A stretch of DNA of 60,620 bases. It comes from an uncultured Spirochaetaceae bacterium. Its GTDB lineage: Bacteria; Spirochaetota; Spirochaetia; Sphaerochaetales; Sphaerochaetaceae. Location: contig CAYWGU010000001.1 of the NCBI GenBank assembly GCA_964457975.1, positions 1 to 60,620 on the forward strand, written 5' to 3'. The notes beneath the pieces are model-generated. The model was not told where the DNA came from. It did no database searches and saw only the letters and a list, made by a program, of their open reading frames with translations. Positions within the stretch are counted from its first letter, which is position 1. Each line of letters begins with the position of its first letter. Both the position numbers and the translations under genes were made by a program. Of the stretch, positions 39,657 through 48,672 are shown in pieces.

Positions 39657-41472
39657 ATGAAAATAACACTAAAACAAAAAATGGTTCTTGCTGTCTTGGC
39701 ATAGAGCTTTGCTTCATTAGAATAAAGGCTTTAATGATTGATGATAAAAATGAAATACTTGCAAGTGGTGGGTATACTTGGAATAACAAATTGATTGATG
39801 GATATTACTCCTATTCCCTCGATGAAGTATGGCAAGGAATAAGAGAAAGCTACAGAATTCTTAAAGAAGAGGTTAAAGATGAGTATGGAATAACCTTAAA
39901 GAATTTAAAAGCAATAGGAATATCTGCAATGATGCATGGATATTTGTCCTTTGATAAAGATGATAAATTGTTAACTCCTTTTAGAACATGGAGAAATACA
40001 ACGACAGAAGTTGACTCAAACAAACTTTCCAAACTATTTAACTTTTCAATTCCACAAAGATGGAGCATTTCACATCTTTATCAAGCTATACTTGATAGCG
40101 AAGAGCATATAGAAAATATTGATAAGCTCCATACTCTTGCAAGTTATATACATTATAAACTTACAGAAGAATATGTAATTGGAATAGGAGATGCATCAGG
40201 AATGGTTCCAATAGATTCCAATCTAATGTGCTAATACCACTCTGATCCGGCCAACAAAATGCTAACATACGGACAAAATAAAGGACAATTAATTATACAA
40301 TTTTATTGGTGGGTATAAAATGATGATCAATGAAATTGTTAAAATAACAGCTCCAGGAGACAATTAATAAAGAGTTATTAGAATAGTAATAGAAAATTAA
40401 GGAGTTCCGTATAAAGTACTGTCCGTATAATAGAATAACGTTGTACCATATGTAGTGGTACTAGCACTAATGGACTACAATGAGAATTTCATTAAACAAT
40501 TTGACGAAATTACATCTTTTACTACGAGTATTAAGACAATTCTTCCAAAGGTTCTTGTAGCAGGTAAAGTTGGAGGTAGGTTAACCAAGGAAGGATCTAT
40601 TCTTCTTGACGAATCAGAAGATCTTTTGAATGGAATTATTTTATGTCCCCCAGAAGGTGATGCGGGAACAGGAATGGTTTCTACTAACTAATTAAGAGTT
40701 AATAATGGAAATGTAAGTGCTGGAACATCTGTGTTTGCGATGATAGTACTTGAGAGGGAACTTTCAAGATTCCATGACAAATTGAATCTTGTAACAACAC
40801 CTTCTGGCCTTCTAGTTGCAATGGTACATTCAAATAACGGTACAGGAGAATATGATTCATGGATAAGCTTATTTAAAGAAGTAATTGAAATTACAGGTAA
40901 TAAAGTAACAACTGCAGATTTATATGATAAATTACTAAGCACCTCATTGAAGGGTAACCATGATTGTGGTGGACTGATAGCTTACAACTATCTAAGTGGT
41001 GAAACAATTACAGGATTTTCCGATGGACGACCTTTATTTACAAGAACACTAGATTCCAAATTTAATTTGTCAAACTTCATGCGAGCACAGCTATTTACAT
41101 CACTTTGCTCCTTAAGAATAGGACTTGATATTTTATTTTAAGAAGAAAAAATAAAGGTTGATTCAATTACAGCACATGGTGGATTCTTTAAAACACCAGT
41201 TGTTGGACAAACTGCAATGGCAATTGCAACCCAAATACCAACAAGTGTGGTTGAAAGCGCTGGAGAGGAAGGCTCTTGGGGCATTCAATACTTGCAAATT
41301 ATGCAGGTGAAAGTCTTCCACTCGCTGATTAACTAGATTAAAAAGTCTTTAGAAATGTAAAAAAAAAAACATAATACCAACTAAAGAAGATATTCAAGGA
41401 TTTAACAAATTCCTTGAATCCTATAAAGCGGCGTATGAGGTTGAACGAGCAGCCTGCAGTTGCATTAACTGA
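39657..41472 (+). pseudogene. araB: FGGY-family sugar kinase (L-ribulokinase-like), heavily decayed
   Basis: FGGY-like segments (GIEL..IRIKA, PPEGDAGTGMVSTN, NVSAGTSVFAM, ITAHGGFFKTP) are broken in several places. There is a frameshift between 39676 and 39700, a 238-bp insertion at 40229-40466, in-frame TAA codons at 40689 and 41139, and further frameshifts after about 41290. The ATP-binding motif is degenerate (ELCFIRIK). Confidence 0.8.
40229..40466. mobile_element. MITE-like non-autonomous element (238 bp)
   Basis: The terminal inverted repeats are TGCTAATACCACT (40229-40241) and AGTGGTACTAGCA (40454-40466), matching at 12/13. They are flanked by the direct duplication CTAATG (40223-40228 and 40467-40472). 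Removing the element plus one CTAATG restores ...PIDSNLMDYNENF... in frame. It also has subterminal inverted repeats, TACGGACA/TGTCCGTA. Confidence 0.75.
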
Positions 41473-41508
41473 TGCTTTAACGATTAATTTATTCACCATA
41501 GCTTAAAT

Positions 41509-41536
41509 AAAACCCTTTCATTATTGGAAGGGTTTT
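41509..41536 (+). terminator. Putative terminator after the kinase pseudogene
   Basis: The stem is AAAACCCTT/AAGGGTTTT. The T-run is short. Confidence 0.4.
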
Positions 41537-41588
41537 GAGGTAGCTAAATATATAAAATTTCAGAAATAGATCTTAATATTATTAAATG

Positions 41589-41642
41589 AATAAATAAAAA
41601 GTGAAATCCCCCTTATAAACCAATACAATAAAGATTTCACTT
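41589..41642 (-). terminator. Putative terminator of araA-araD
   Basis: On the minus strand a 10-bp stem AAGTGAAATC/GATTTCACTT (24-nt loop) is followed by TTTTTTATTT. It lies about 200 nt downstream of the araD stop. Confidence 0.45.
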
Positions 41643-41855
41643 AAACATAAACATGTAAGATTATAGTACACCGTGAATTAAAGTAATGCAAGTAAAATTT
41701 TCTTAAAAAACATTTTTTATTACCTATCTAACAACATGTTATATATATTGTATTGGTACATAAAATATTTATTTGGTAAATGCGTCATAAAATTATCATT
41801 ATTTATTGATTTAAATGAAATCATAAAAACAATATTTTATTAAAGTAGTAATGAA

Positions 41856-42605
41856 CTACTTTTGTCCATAATAAGCATTGACTCCATGCTTTCTTTCATA
41901 ATGTTTTTTTATTATGTAGGAAGGAAGAGGCACTACATCAACTTGAAGAGACATCATATAAAATGCCATCTTTGATATTTCTTCCAATACAGCTGCATTA
42001 TAAACACTATTTGAAGCACTAGTTCCCCAAGTAAAGGGGCCATGTCCTGCTACAAGAACCATTGGTGTCTCTAGTGGTACAAGATCTATAACAGGATACC
42101 TCTTACCACCAATTATATTAAAAGCAATTGAAGAATCTTTAAAAGTATCGACAATAATTTCCCCAGTGTTTTCCTCATATCCATTTTCTACCATTTCTTT
42201 TGTAAGAAAGGGAGTGCATGGAATTGGATTAGGAGAATGATCTGCATGTGTTGTACCTTGAATTTCAATAGAATTGCAGGACTGTGCAAAGCTAGTTGCA
42301 AAGGGCGAATGGGTATGACAAATTCCTCTTATATCTTGAAAGTTATTATAAAGCACTCGATGAGTTGGAGTATCTGATGAAGGGCGCATTTGCCCTTCAA
42401 CAATATTTCCATCAAGATCCATTACTACAATATCATCAACACATAATTTATTATATGAAATTCCGGAGGGCTTTATTGCAAATACACCTTTCTCTTTATC
42501 TAGAGCAGAGACATTTCCCCAAGTATAAATTGCAAGTTCTCTCTTTGGTATTTCTAAATTAGCTTCAAATACCTCTTCTTTTAGACTTTGATATTTACTT
42601 TTCAT
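41856..42605 (-). CDS. araD: L-ribulose-5-phosphate 4-epimerase
   Basis: It is collinear with E. coli AraD at TWGNVSA, FAIKPSG, PSSDTPTH, HTHS, GTTHADH and the C-terminal KHG.NAYYGQ. Confidence 0.9.
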   Translation of the reverse strand: MKSKYQSLKEEVFEANLEIPKRELAIYTWGNVSALDKEKGVFAIKPSGISYNKLCVDDIVVMDLDGNIVEGQMRPSSDTPTHRVLYNNFQDIRGICHTHSPFATSFAQSCNSIEIQGTTHADHSPNPIPCTPFLTKEMVENGYEENTGEIIVDTFKDSSIAFNIIGGKRYPVIDLVPLETPMVLVAGHGPFTWGTSASNSVYNAAVLEEISKMAFYMMSLQVDVVPLPSYIIKKHYERKHGVNAYYGQK

Positions 42606-42608
42606 AAT

Positions 42609-44093
42609 TTACTTCCAAATAATTCGATTCATTCTGTCTTGAAGTCTGAAGTTTTCAAGCGTAGTTTCACCTGTAATATTAAGCAATTCAATATTGTTCA
42701 TCTCACTGTAATAGGTTATGAACTCTCTATCCAATTGTGTAGACATAGCATTATGATGACCTGCACCACTTAAAATCCAACATTCCGTTGATGCATAGAA
42801 GTTAGGAAGAGGTTTCCATAAAGCTCTTGCGACGGGCAATTTTCTAAATTCTTCTTCAGGTTCAATTATTTCAATTTCATTTAAAACAAGTCTTAATCTA
42901 CCACCAATATCAACAATTGATAGGGTAAAGCCCATTGAAGGGATACTGTCAAACACAAGACGAGCTGGATCTTCTTTATCTCCGATGCCCAACGGATGAA
43001 CCTCAATGGTAGGACGTCCTGTTGCAATCGAAGGACATACTTCAAGCATGTGAGAGCCAAGATTGAACAACTTTCCATCTTCTAGATTATAAGTATAATC
43101 TTCCATGAAGGAGCATCCACCATGTTCTATTCCTTCTCCCATTAATTTAAGAGTTCGAACCATTGCAGCAATTTTCCAATCACCTTCTCCTGCAAAACCA
43201 TATCCCTTTGCCATCAAATGCTGACAGGCAAGTCCTGGAAGTTGCTTCAAACCATGAAGATCCTGAAAGTTGGTACAAAATGCTTCGCCCTCATTTTCAA
43301 TTAAAAACTTTTCAAGAGCTATCTCTATTTTTGCTTGCTCTCTTATGTGATTCAAATTAAATGGTGTTGGATTAACAATATCATAATCTTTTTGGTATTC
43401 ATTCATTAAATGATCAATTTGGTTTTCAGTTACTTTGCTTACTTCTTCAACAAGATCTCCAACTCCATAATATGGAATATTCCATCCAAGATTTATATAT
43501 GCTTCAACCGTATCACCACAGGTAACTGCAACATCTCTCATGTTATCTCCAAAACGAATAACATTCATTGTTCTTCCTGCAACAGTTGTTGCAGCAGCTC
43601 TCATCCACTTACTCATTTTTACTTGGAATCTCTCATTCTTCCAATATCCAACAAGAACTGATCTATTGATATTCATTCTAGCTGTAATATATCCAAATTC
43701 TCTATCACCATGAGCACTTTGATTTAGATTCATAAAATCCATATCCATTGTTTCATATGGAATTTTTCGATTAGTTTGTGTGTTTAGTTGAAGAATAGGC
43801 TTGTTTAATGCTTTAAGTCCTTTAATCCACATTTTCGCAGGGGAGAAGGTATGCATCCAACAGATAATACCTGCACAATGCTCATCAAGGTTAGCTTCCA
43901 TTATTGTCCTTTCTATAATTTTAGCATTTACCATTGTATCAGTTTGAACTAATTTACAAGGAAGTGTTTTTGATACATTCAAATAATCAACAATCTCCTG
44001 ACTATCTAAAGCAACCTGATTCAGTGTTTCTTCTCCATATAAGTATTGAGAACCTGTTAAAAACCAAAAACAATAATCTTTTATGTGTTTCAT
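42609..44093 (-). CDS. araA: L-arabinose isomerase
   Basis: It is ~494 aa with the N-terminal FWF.TGSQ.LYGEE signature. It sits 3 nt upstream of araD. Confidence 0.9.
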   Translation of the reverse strand: MKHIKDYCFWFLTGSQYLYGEETLNQVALDSQEIVDYLNVSKTLPCKLVQTDTMVNAKIIERTIMEANLDEHCAGIICWMHTFSPAKMWIKGLKALNKPILQLNTQTNRKIPYETMDMDFMNLNQSAHGDREFGYITARMNINRSVLVGYWKNERFQVKMSKWMRAAATTVAGRTMNVIRFGDNMRDVAVTCGDTVEAYINLGWNIPYYGVGDLVEEVSKVTENQIDHLMNEYQKDYDIVNPTPFNLNHIREQAKIEIALEKFLIENEGEAFCTNFQDLHGLKQLPGLACQHLMAKGYGFAGEGDWKIAAMVRTLKLMGEGIEHGGCSFMEDYTYNLEDGKLFNLGSHMLEVCPSIATGRPTIEVHPLGIGDKEDPARLVFDSIPSMGFTLSIVDIGGRLRLVLNEIEIIEPEEEFRKLPVARALWKPLPNFYASTECWILSGAGHHNAMSTQLDREFITYYSEMNNIELLNITGETTLENFRLQDRMNRIIWK

Positions 44094-44126
44094 TTATTTA
44101 TCCTTTATTTAATTAAAATTATTTTA

Positions 44127-44139
44127 TGTTAACGTACAC
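44127..44139. promoter_or_regulatory. Candidate ara operator, site 2 (TGTTAACGTACAC)
   Basis: It lies 34-46 nt upstream of the araA start codon, in the divergent ara intergenic region. Confidence 0.5.
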
Positions 44140-44480
44140 TTTATTATTGCACCAACTTCACAATAAGACAAGAGAAATTCCTAAATTCTAATCATAAAAG
44201 TATATAAAATTTATTAAATTCATGTATAGCATATATTTAATAATTGATATAAAATATTATAGAGCATTTATATTATATAAATTTCACCAAATTTATTATT
44301 TATATAAATAATGACCTTTTTATAATAATTTTGAAAATATATTAGATTAATTAATATTTGTTAAGTACTTTAGAAAATATTTTTGTTAAAAACCCACTTA
44401 TTAAGGATATTTATACACTTCTAATAATAATTAAATAAATCTTATTGACAATGTGTACAACTTGCATGAATATGTATAAG

Positions 44481-44493
44481 CGTTAACGAACAC
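44481..44493. promoter_or_regulatory. Candidate ara operator, site 3 (CGTTAACGAACAC)
   Basis: It overlaps the -35 position of a promoter whose -10 box is TATAAT (about 44505-44510), upstream of the ABC transporter operon. Confidence 0.5.
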
Positions 44494-44539
44494 ATAAAGT
44501 TTGTTATAATTTATTTTTTCAAGAAAAAGGAGAATTCAA

Positions 44540-45628
44540 ATGAAAAAAATTTTAGTTATGTTACTTGTAACAGCAGCATTGTTTAATTCAATGTTATTTG
44601 CAAATGGTCAAGCTGAATCAAGCACAAAAAAAGGTGCCAAGACTGTAGGTGTATGTATGCCAACACAGAGTTCTGAAAGATGGATTAATGACGGTGCTAA
44701 CATGAAGAAGCAACTTGAAACTCTTGGGTATAAAGTTGAAATGCAATATGCAGAAGATGATGTTCAAGCTCAGGTATCACAAATTGAGAATTTGATTACA
44801 AAGCAAGTAGATTGCTTGGTTGTTGCAGCAGTAGATTCATCAGCTCTTGTTAACGCATTGGCACTTGCAAAAGATAATGATATTCCAGTAATTGCTTATG
44901 ATAGATTATTAATGGATACAGATGCTGTTTCATATTATGCAACATTCGATAATAAAGGTATTGGTACAGCTATCGGTCAATACATTGAAAAAGTAAAAAA
45001 ACTAGCAACTGCTAAATCAGAAGGCCGATCATATACAATTGAATTGTTTATGGGCTCTCCTGACGATAACAATGCTTTATTCCTATACAATGGTGTTATG
45101 GAAATATTGCAGCCTTATTTAGATAATGGTGTTTTAATCTGCAAATCAGGAAGAACCTCATTCCAAGAAACATGTATTCTTAGATGGTCACAAGAAACTG
45201 CACAGCAGAATTGTGAAAACTATTTATCAGGTTTCTATTCAAATGATCATCTAGATATTGCATGTTCTGCATTTGATGGCTTTTCTTATGGAATTAGATC
45301 TGCACTTGAAGGCGCTGGTTATGAAAAAGGTAATAAATGGCCATTAATAACAGGTCAAGATGCTGAATTGATGGCTGTAAAGAACATTATATCAGGCTAT
45401 CAACAAATGTCTATTTACAAAGATACAAGATTACTAGCACAAAAATGTGTAACAATGGTACAAGCTGTATTAGAAGGTTCAGAACCTGAAATTAATGATA
45501 CAACTCAATATGATAACCATAAACTTATTGTTCCATCATACTTATGCACTCCTGTTGCAGTAGATAAAACAAACTATCAATCAATTATTATTGATGGTGG
45601 CTACTATACTACTGACCAACTTAACTAA
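44540..45628 (+). CDS. Monosaccharide ABC transporter substrate-binding protein (ChvE/AraF/XylF-like, CUT2)
   Basis: It has a signal peptide (...NSMLFANG) and a PBP type-I fold pattern (VGVCMPT..ERW, IPVIAYDRL). The RBS is AAGGAGA. Confidence 0.8.
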   Translation: MKKILVMLLVTAALFNSMLFANGQAESSTKKGAKTVGVCMPTQSSERWINDGANMKKQLETLGYKVEMQYAEDDVQAQVSQIENLITKQVDCLVVAAVDSSALVNALALAKDNDIPVIAYDRLLMDTDAVSYYATFDNKGIGTAIGQYIEKVKKLATAKSEGRSYTIELFMGSPDDNNALFLYNGVMEILQPYLDNGVLICKSGRTSFQETCILRWSQETAQQNCENYLSGFYSNDHLDIACSAFDGFSYGIRSALEGAGYEKGNKWPLITGQDAELMAVKNIISGYQQMSIYKDTRLLAQKCVTMVQAVLEGSEPEINDTTQYDNHKLIVPSYLCTPVAVDKTNYQSIIIDGGYYTTDQLN

Positions 45629-45692
45629 TATGTAAGTTGATTTCCCTGATAAAAGTTCTTATCAGGGAATCATTTAAGAGGTGGTAAGATAA

Positions 45693-47258
45693 ATGTGCAA
45701 TGAAGATTTAATTCTAGAAATGAACAACATAACCAAAATATTCCCAGGTGTTAAAGCTTTATCTGAAGTTAATCTACAAGTTATAAGAGGGGAAATACAC
45801 TCTTTATGTGGAGAAAATGGAGCAGGTAAATCTACTTTGATGAATGTATTGAGTGGTGTATACCCTTATAAATCTTATGAAGGGGATATTTTATTTAATG
45901 GAGATTTATGTAAATTCCATAACATTAAACAAAGTGAAGAAAAAGGAATTGTTATAATACATCAGGAATTGGCTTTGATTTCTTTAATGAGCATTGCTGA
46001 GAACTTGTTTCTTGGTAATGAAAGATGCAAAACAGGAAAAATTATAGATTGGAGGAAAACTCAAGTTGAAGCAAAAAAAATGCTTGATAGAGTTGGACTT
46101 ACAAAAGAAGATGTCAACCAAAAAGTTAGCTCAATTGGTGTTGGAAAGCAGCAATTGGTTGAAATCGCAAAAGCCCTAGCTAAAAATGTAAGTTTATTGA
46201 TTTTAGATGAACCTACAGCATCATTAAATGATGAGGAAAGTGATCATCTATTAAATATAATTCTACAATTAAAAGAAGAAGGGGTTACTAGCATAATTAT
46301 ATCTCATAAATTACAGGAGCTCACAAAGGTCTCTGATAGAATTACAGTAATAAGAGATGGACAAGTAATAAAAACATTAAATAGAAAAACAGATGAATTC
46401 AGTGAACCAGTTATTGTTAAATCAATGGTTGGACGTGAATTGACACAAATATATCCCAAAAGAGTAAACTGTAAAATTGGTGATGAAATATTCAGAGTTA
46501 AAAACTGGAATGTTTATCATCCGGATGATGATAGAAGAAAAATAATTGAAGATGTTAACTTTGATGTCAAATTAGGTGAGGTTGTAGGTCTTGTTGGCTT
46601 GATGGGGGCAGGAAGAACTGAACTTGCCATGAGTATTTTTGGAAAATCCTATGGACAAAAGATATCTGGTGAAATATTCATGCACGGGAAAAAAATCCAA
46701 ATTAACTCAGTTAAAGATGCAATCCATAATAAGATTGCTTATACCAGTGAAGATCGAAAGACCTATGGATTGGTTCTAGGTGATAGCATCATGCATAACA
46801 TGACAATGGCCTCATTATCAGATGTTTATTGTGATAGCAAAGGTATTATTAATAGTAATAAAGAAATTAAGGAGGCCAAAGAAAACAAAATAAGATTTGG
46901 AGTTAAAGCTCCTAGCATTACAACGCAAATTGATACATTAAGTGGAGGAAACCAACAAAAAGTTGTTCTTGCAAAATGGATTATGGCAACTCCAGATGTT
47001 CTTATTTTGGATGAACCAACTCGTGGTATTGATGTAGGTGCAAAACATGAAATTTATCAATTAATAAATAAACTAGCTGAAAACGGCAAAGCAGTAATTG
47101 TTATCTCCAGTGAGATGCCAGAAGCAATTGGTGTTTCAGATCGAGTCTACATATTAAATGAAGGACGTATTATTGGAGAGCTAGCAGGGGATGAGATGAA
47201 TCCTGAAGCTATAATGACACAAATTATTCGCGATACTAAAAAGAGAGGAAGAGAATAA
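45693..47258 (+). CDS. Sugar ABC transporter ATP-binding protein, duplicated NBD (GguA/AraG/MglA-like)
   Basis: It has two Walker A / signature / Walker B sets (GENGAGKST...LILDEPT; GLMGAGRTE...LSGGNQQKV...LILDEPT). Confidence 0.9.
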   Translation: MCNEDLILEMNNITKIFPGVKALSEVNLQVIRGEIHSLCGENGAGKSTLMNVLSGVYPYKSYEGDILFNGDLCKFHNIKQSEEKGIVIIHQELALISLMSIAENLFLGNERCKTGKIIDWRKTQVEAKKMLDRVGLTKEDVNQKVSSIGVGKQQLVEIAKALAKNVSLLILDEPTASLNDEESDHLLNIILQLKEEGVTSIIISHKLQELTKVSDRITVIRDGQVIKTLNRKTDEFSEPVIVKSMVGRELTQIYPKRVNCKIGDEIFRVKNWNVYHPDDDRRKIIEDVNFDVKLGEVVGLVGLMGAGRTELAMSIFGKSYGQKISGEIFMHGKKIQINSVKDAIHNKIAYTSEDRKTYGLVLGDSIMHNMTMASLSDVYCDSKGIINSNKEIKEAKENKIRFGVKAPSITTQIDTLSGGNQQKVVLAKWIMATPDVLILDEPTRGIDVGAKHEIYQLINKLAENGKAVIVISSEMPEAIGVSDRVYILNEGRIIGELAGDEMNPEAIMTQIIRDTKKRGRE

Positions 47259-47259
47259 A

Positions 47260-48435
47260 ATGAATTTAAAGAATAGTAAAATACATATTGATATGCGGCA
47301 GTATGGAATGATAATTGTATTAATTGCAATCTTCTTATTGTTTTCCCTTTTAACTGGTGGAATAAATGCATCTGCCATGAACATCAATAATTTAATGATG
47401 CAAAATGGATATATCATAATACTTTCTGTTGGAATGCTTCTTTGTGTATTAACAGGAAATATTGATTTAGGCGTTGGATCTGTTGTAGCTGTATCAGGGG
47501 CTGTATCAGCTATAATGATTGTAGATCTAAATTTACCCATTGCCGTGGGTTTCTTAATGGCTTTAGTGGTAGGTTGTGCATTTGGTCTATTTGTTGGCTT
47601 CTTTGTTGCCTATTTAGGAGTTCCTCCATTCATTGTAACCCTTGCCACCATGTTGATTGGTCGAGGCCTTACCTATACAGTATTAAGAGCTCAAACAAAA
47701 GGGCCTCTTCCTGATTCTTATACCTGGGTAGGAGCTGGATGTATTCCAAGTCATAAAATTGGCATATTTGGATCACAACTTGATATAATATCAATTTTAA
47801 TTGCAGTGATTGTTACAGGGTTAATAATCTTCAATGTTTTCAATGAAAACAAGAAAAGAAAACATTATGGCTTTGAAACAGAACAAATATGGCAAGAAAT
47901 AATTACCAATGGTGTAATTATTGCACTTTTATGGTATATAATGCTTAAATTTGCATCCTATAAAGGTATTCCAAATGTAATGGTCTTAACTGTTATTGTA
48001 ATTATTTTCTATCACTTTATAACTCAACATACAGTTTATGGAAGAGACATTTATGCTTTAGGTGGTAATAGAAAAGCTGCACAATTATCTGGTGTTAACA
48101 CAAAGAGAGTTTTCTTCTGGGTGTATGCAAATATGGGACTACTTAGTGGATTGGCCGGAATTGTATTAACAGCTAGAAATGCCTCTGCAACACCAAAAGC
48201 TGGTGATGGTTTTGAACTAGATGCAATTGCTGCCTGTTATATTGGTGGAGCTGCCGTTTCAGGTGGTGCTGGAACAATTATTGGAGCTGTTGTTGGTGCC
48301 CTTATTATGGGTATTTTAAATAATGGTATGTCTCTTTGTGGAATGTCTACAGATATTCAAAAAATTGTTAAGGGACTTGTGTTGTTAGGAGCTGTTACAG
48401 TAGACCTATTATCAAAACAGAACAAAACTAAATAA
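47260..48435 (+). CDS. Sugar ABC transporter permease (GguB/AraH-like, CUT2)
   Basis: It is a ~10-TM BPD_transp_2-type permease starting 1 nt after the ATPase stop. Confidence 0.85.
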   Translation: MNLKNSKIHIDMRQYGMIIVLIAIFLLFSLLTGGINASAMNINNLMMQNGYIIILSVGMLLCVLTGNIDLGVGSVVAVSGAVSAIMIVDLNLPIAVGFLMALVVGCAFGLFVGFFVAYLGVPPFIVTLATMLIGRGLTYTVLRAQTKGPLPDSYTWVGAGCIPSHKIGIFGSQLDIISILIAVIVTGLIIFNVFNENKKRKHYGFETEQIWQEIITNGVIIALLWYIMLKFASYKGIPNVMVLTVIVIIFYHFITQHTVYGRDIYALGGNRKAAQLSGVNTKRVFFWVYANMGLLSGLAGIVLTARNASATPKAGDGFELDAIAACYIGGAAVSGGAGTIIGAVVGALIMGILNNGMSLCGMSTDIQKIVKGLVLLGAVTVDLLSKQNKTK

Positions 48436-48463
48436 TTTTATTAATATTTAAACAATAAACAAA

Positions 48464-48506
48464 GCAGTATTTATCTATCTTTTCCTAGATAAGTACTGCT
48501 TTTTTG
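48464..48506 (+). terminator. Rho-independent terminator of the ara ABC operon
   Basis: A 14-bp stem GCAGTATTTATCTA/TAGATAAGTACTGC (one mismatch) is followed by TTTTTT. Confidence 0.75.
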
Positions 48507-48672
48507 TGAAGTTTTTTTTATTGTCCCGAAAAAGAGAACATTTTAATTAAATTTATAGATTTTCTTTCTTTTATAAAATATACCACATAAAGATTAACAG
48601 AGCACCGAAAATGTGATATTATTAACCTAATAGTTTATTATTAACAAGATAAATCATTAGGAGAGATAAAAG

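Noticed and set aside
38290-40320. The shared string ATTGGTGGGTA occurs in the terminator at 38296-38306 and inside the MITE (about 40306-40316).
   Set aside because: The match is only 11 nt with no flanking similarity, so it is probably coincidental.
40310-40366. A 15-codon ORF (MMINEIVKITAPGDN) with a GGTGGG RBS-like sequence lies inside the MITE.
   Set aside because: It is too short, lies within a non-autonomous element, and nothing supports that it is translated.
319-47540. Many antisense or overlapping ORFs of 60-140 aa appear in the six-frame track. Examples are 319-741(-), 856-1191(-), 8385-8699(+), 12425-12796(+), 28988-29296(+), 32776-33150(-), 36570-36884(-) and 47181-47540(-).
   Set aside because: Each lies entirely inside a longer gene with strong family motifs on the other strand or in another frame. 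They lack RBSs and have low-complexity, AT-driven composition, so they are shadow ORFs.
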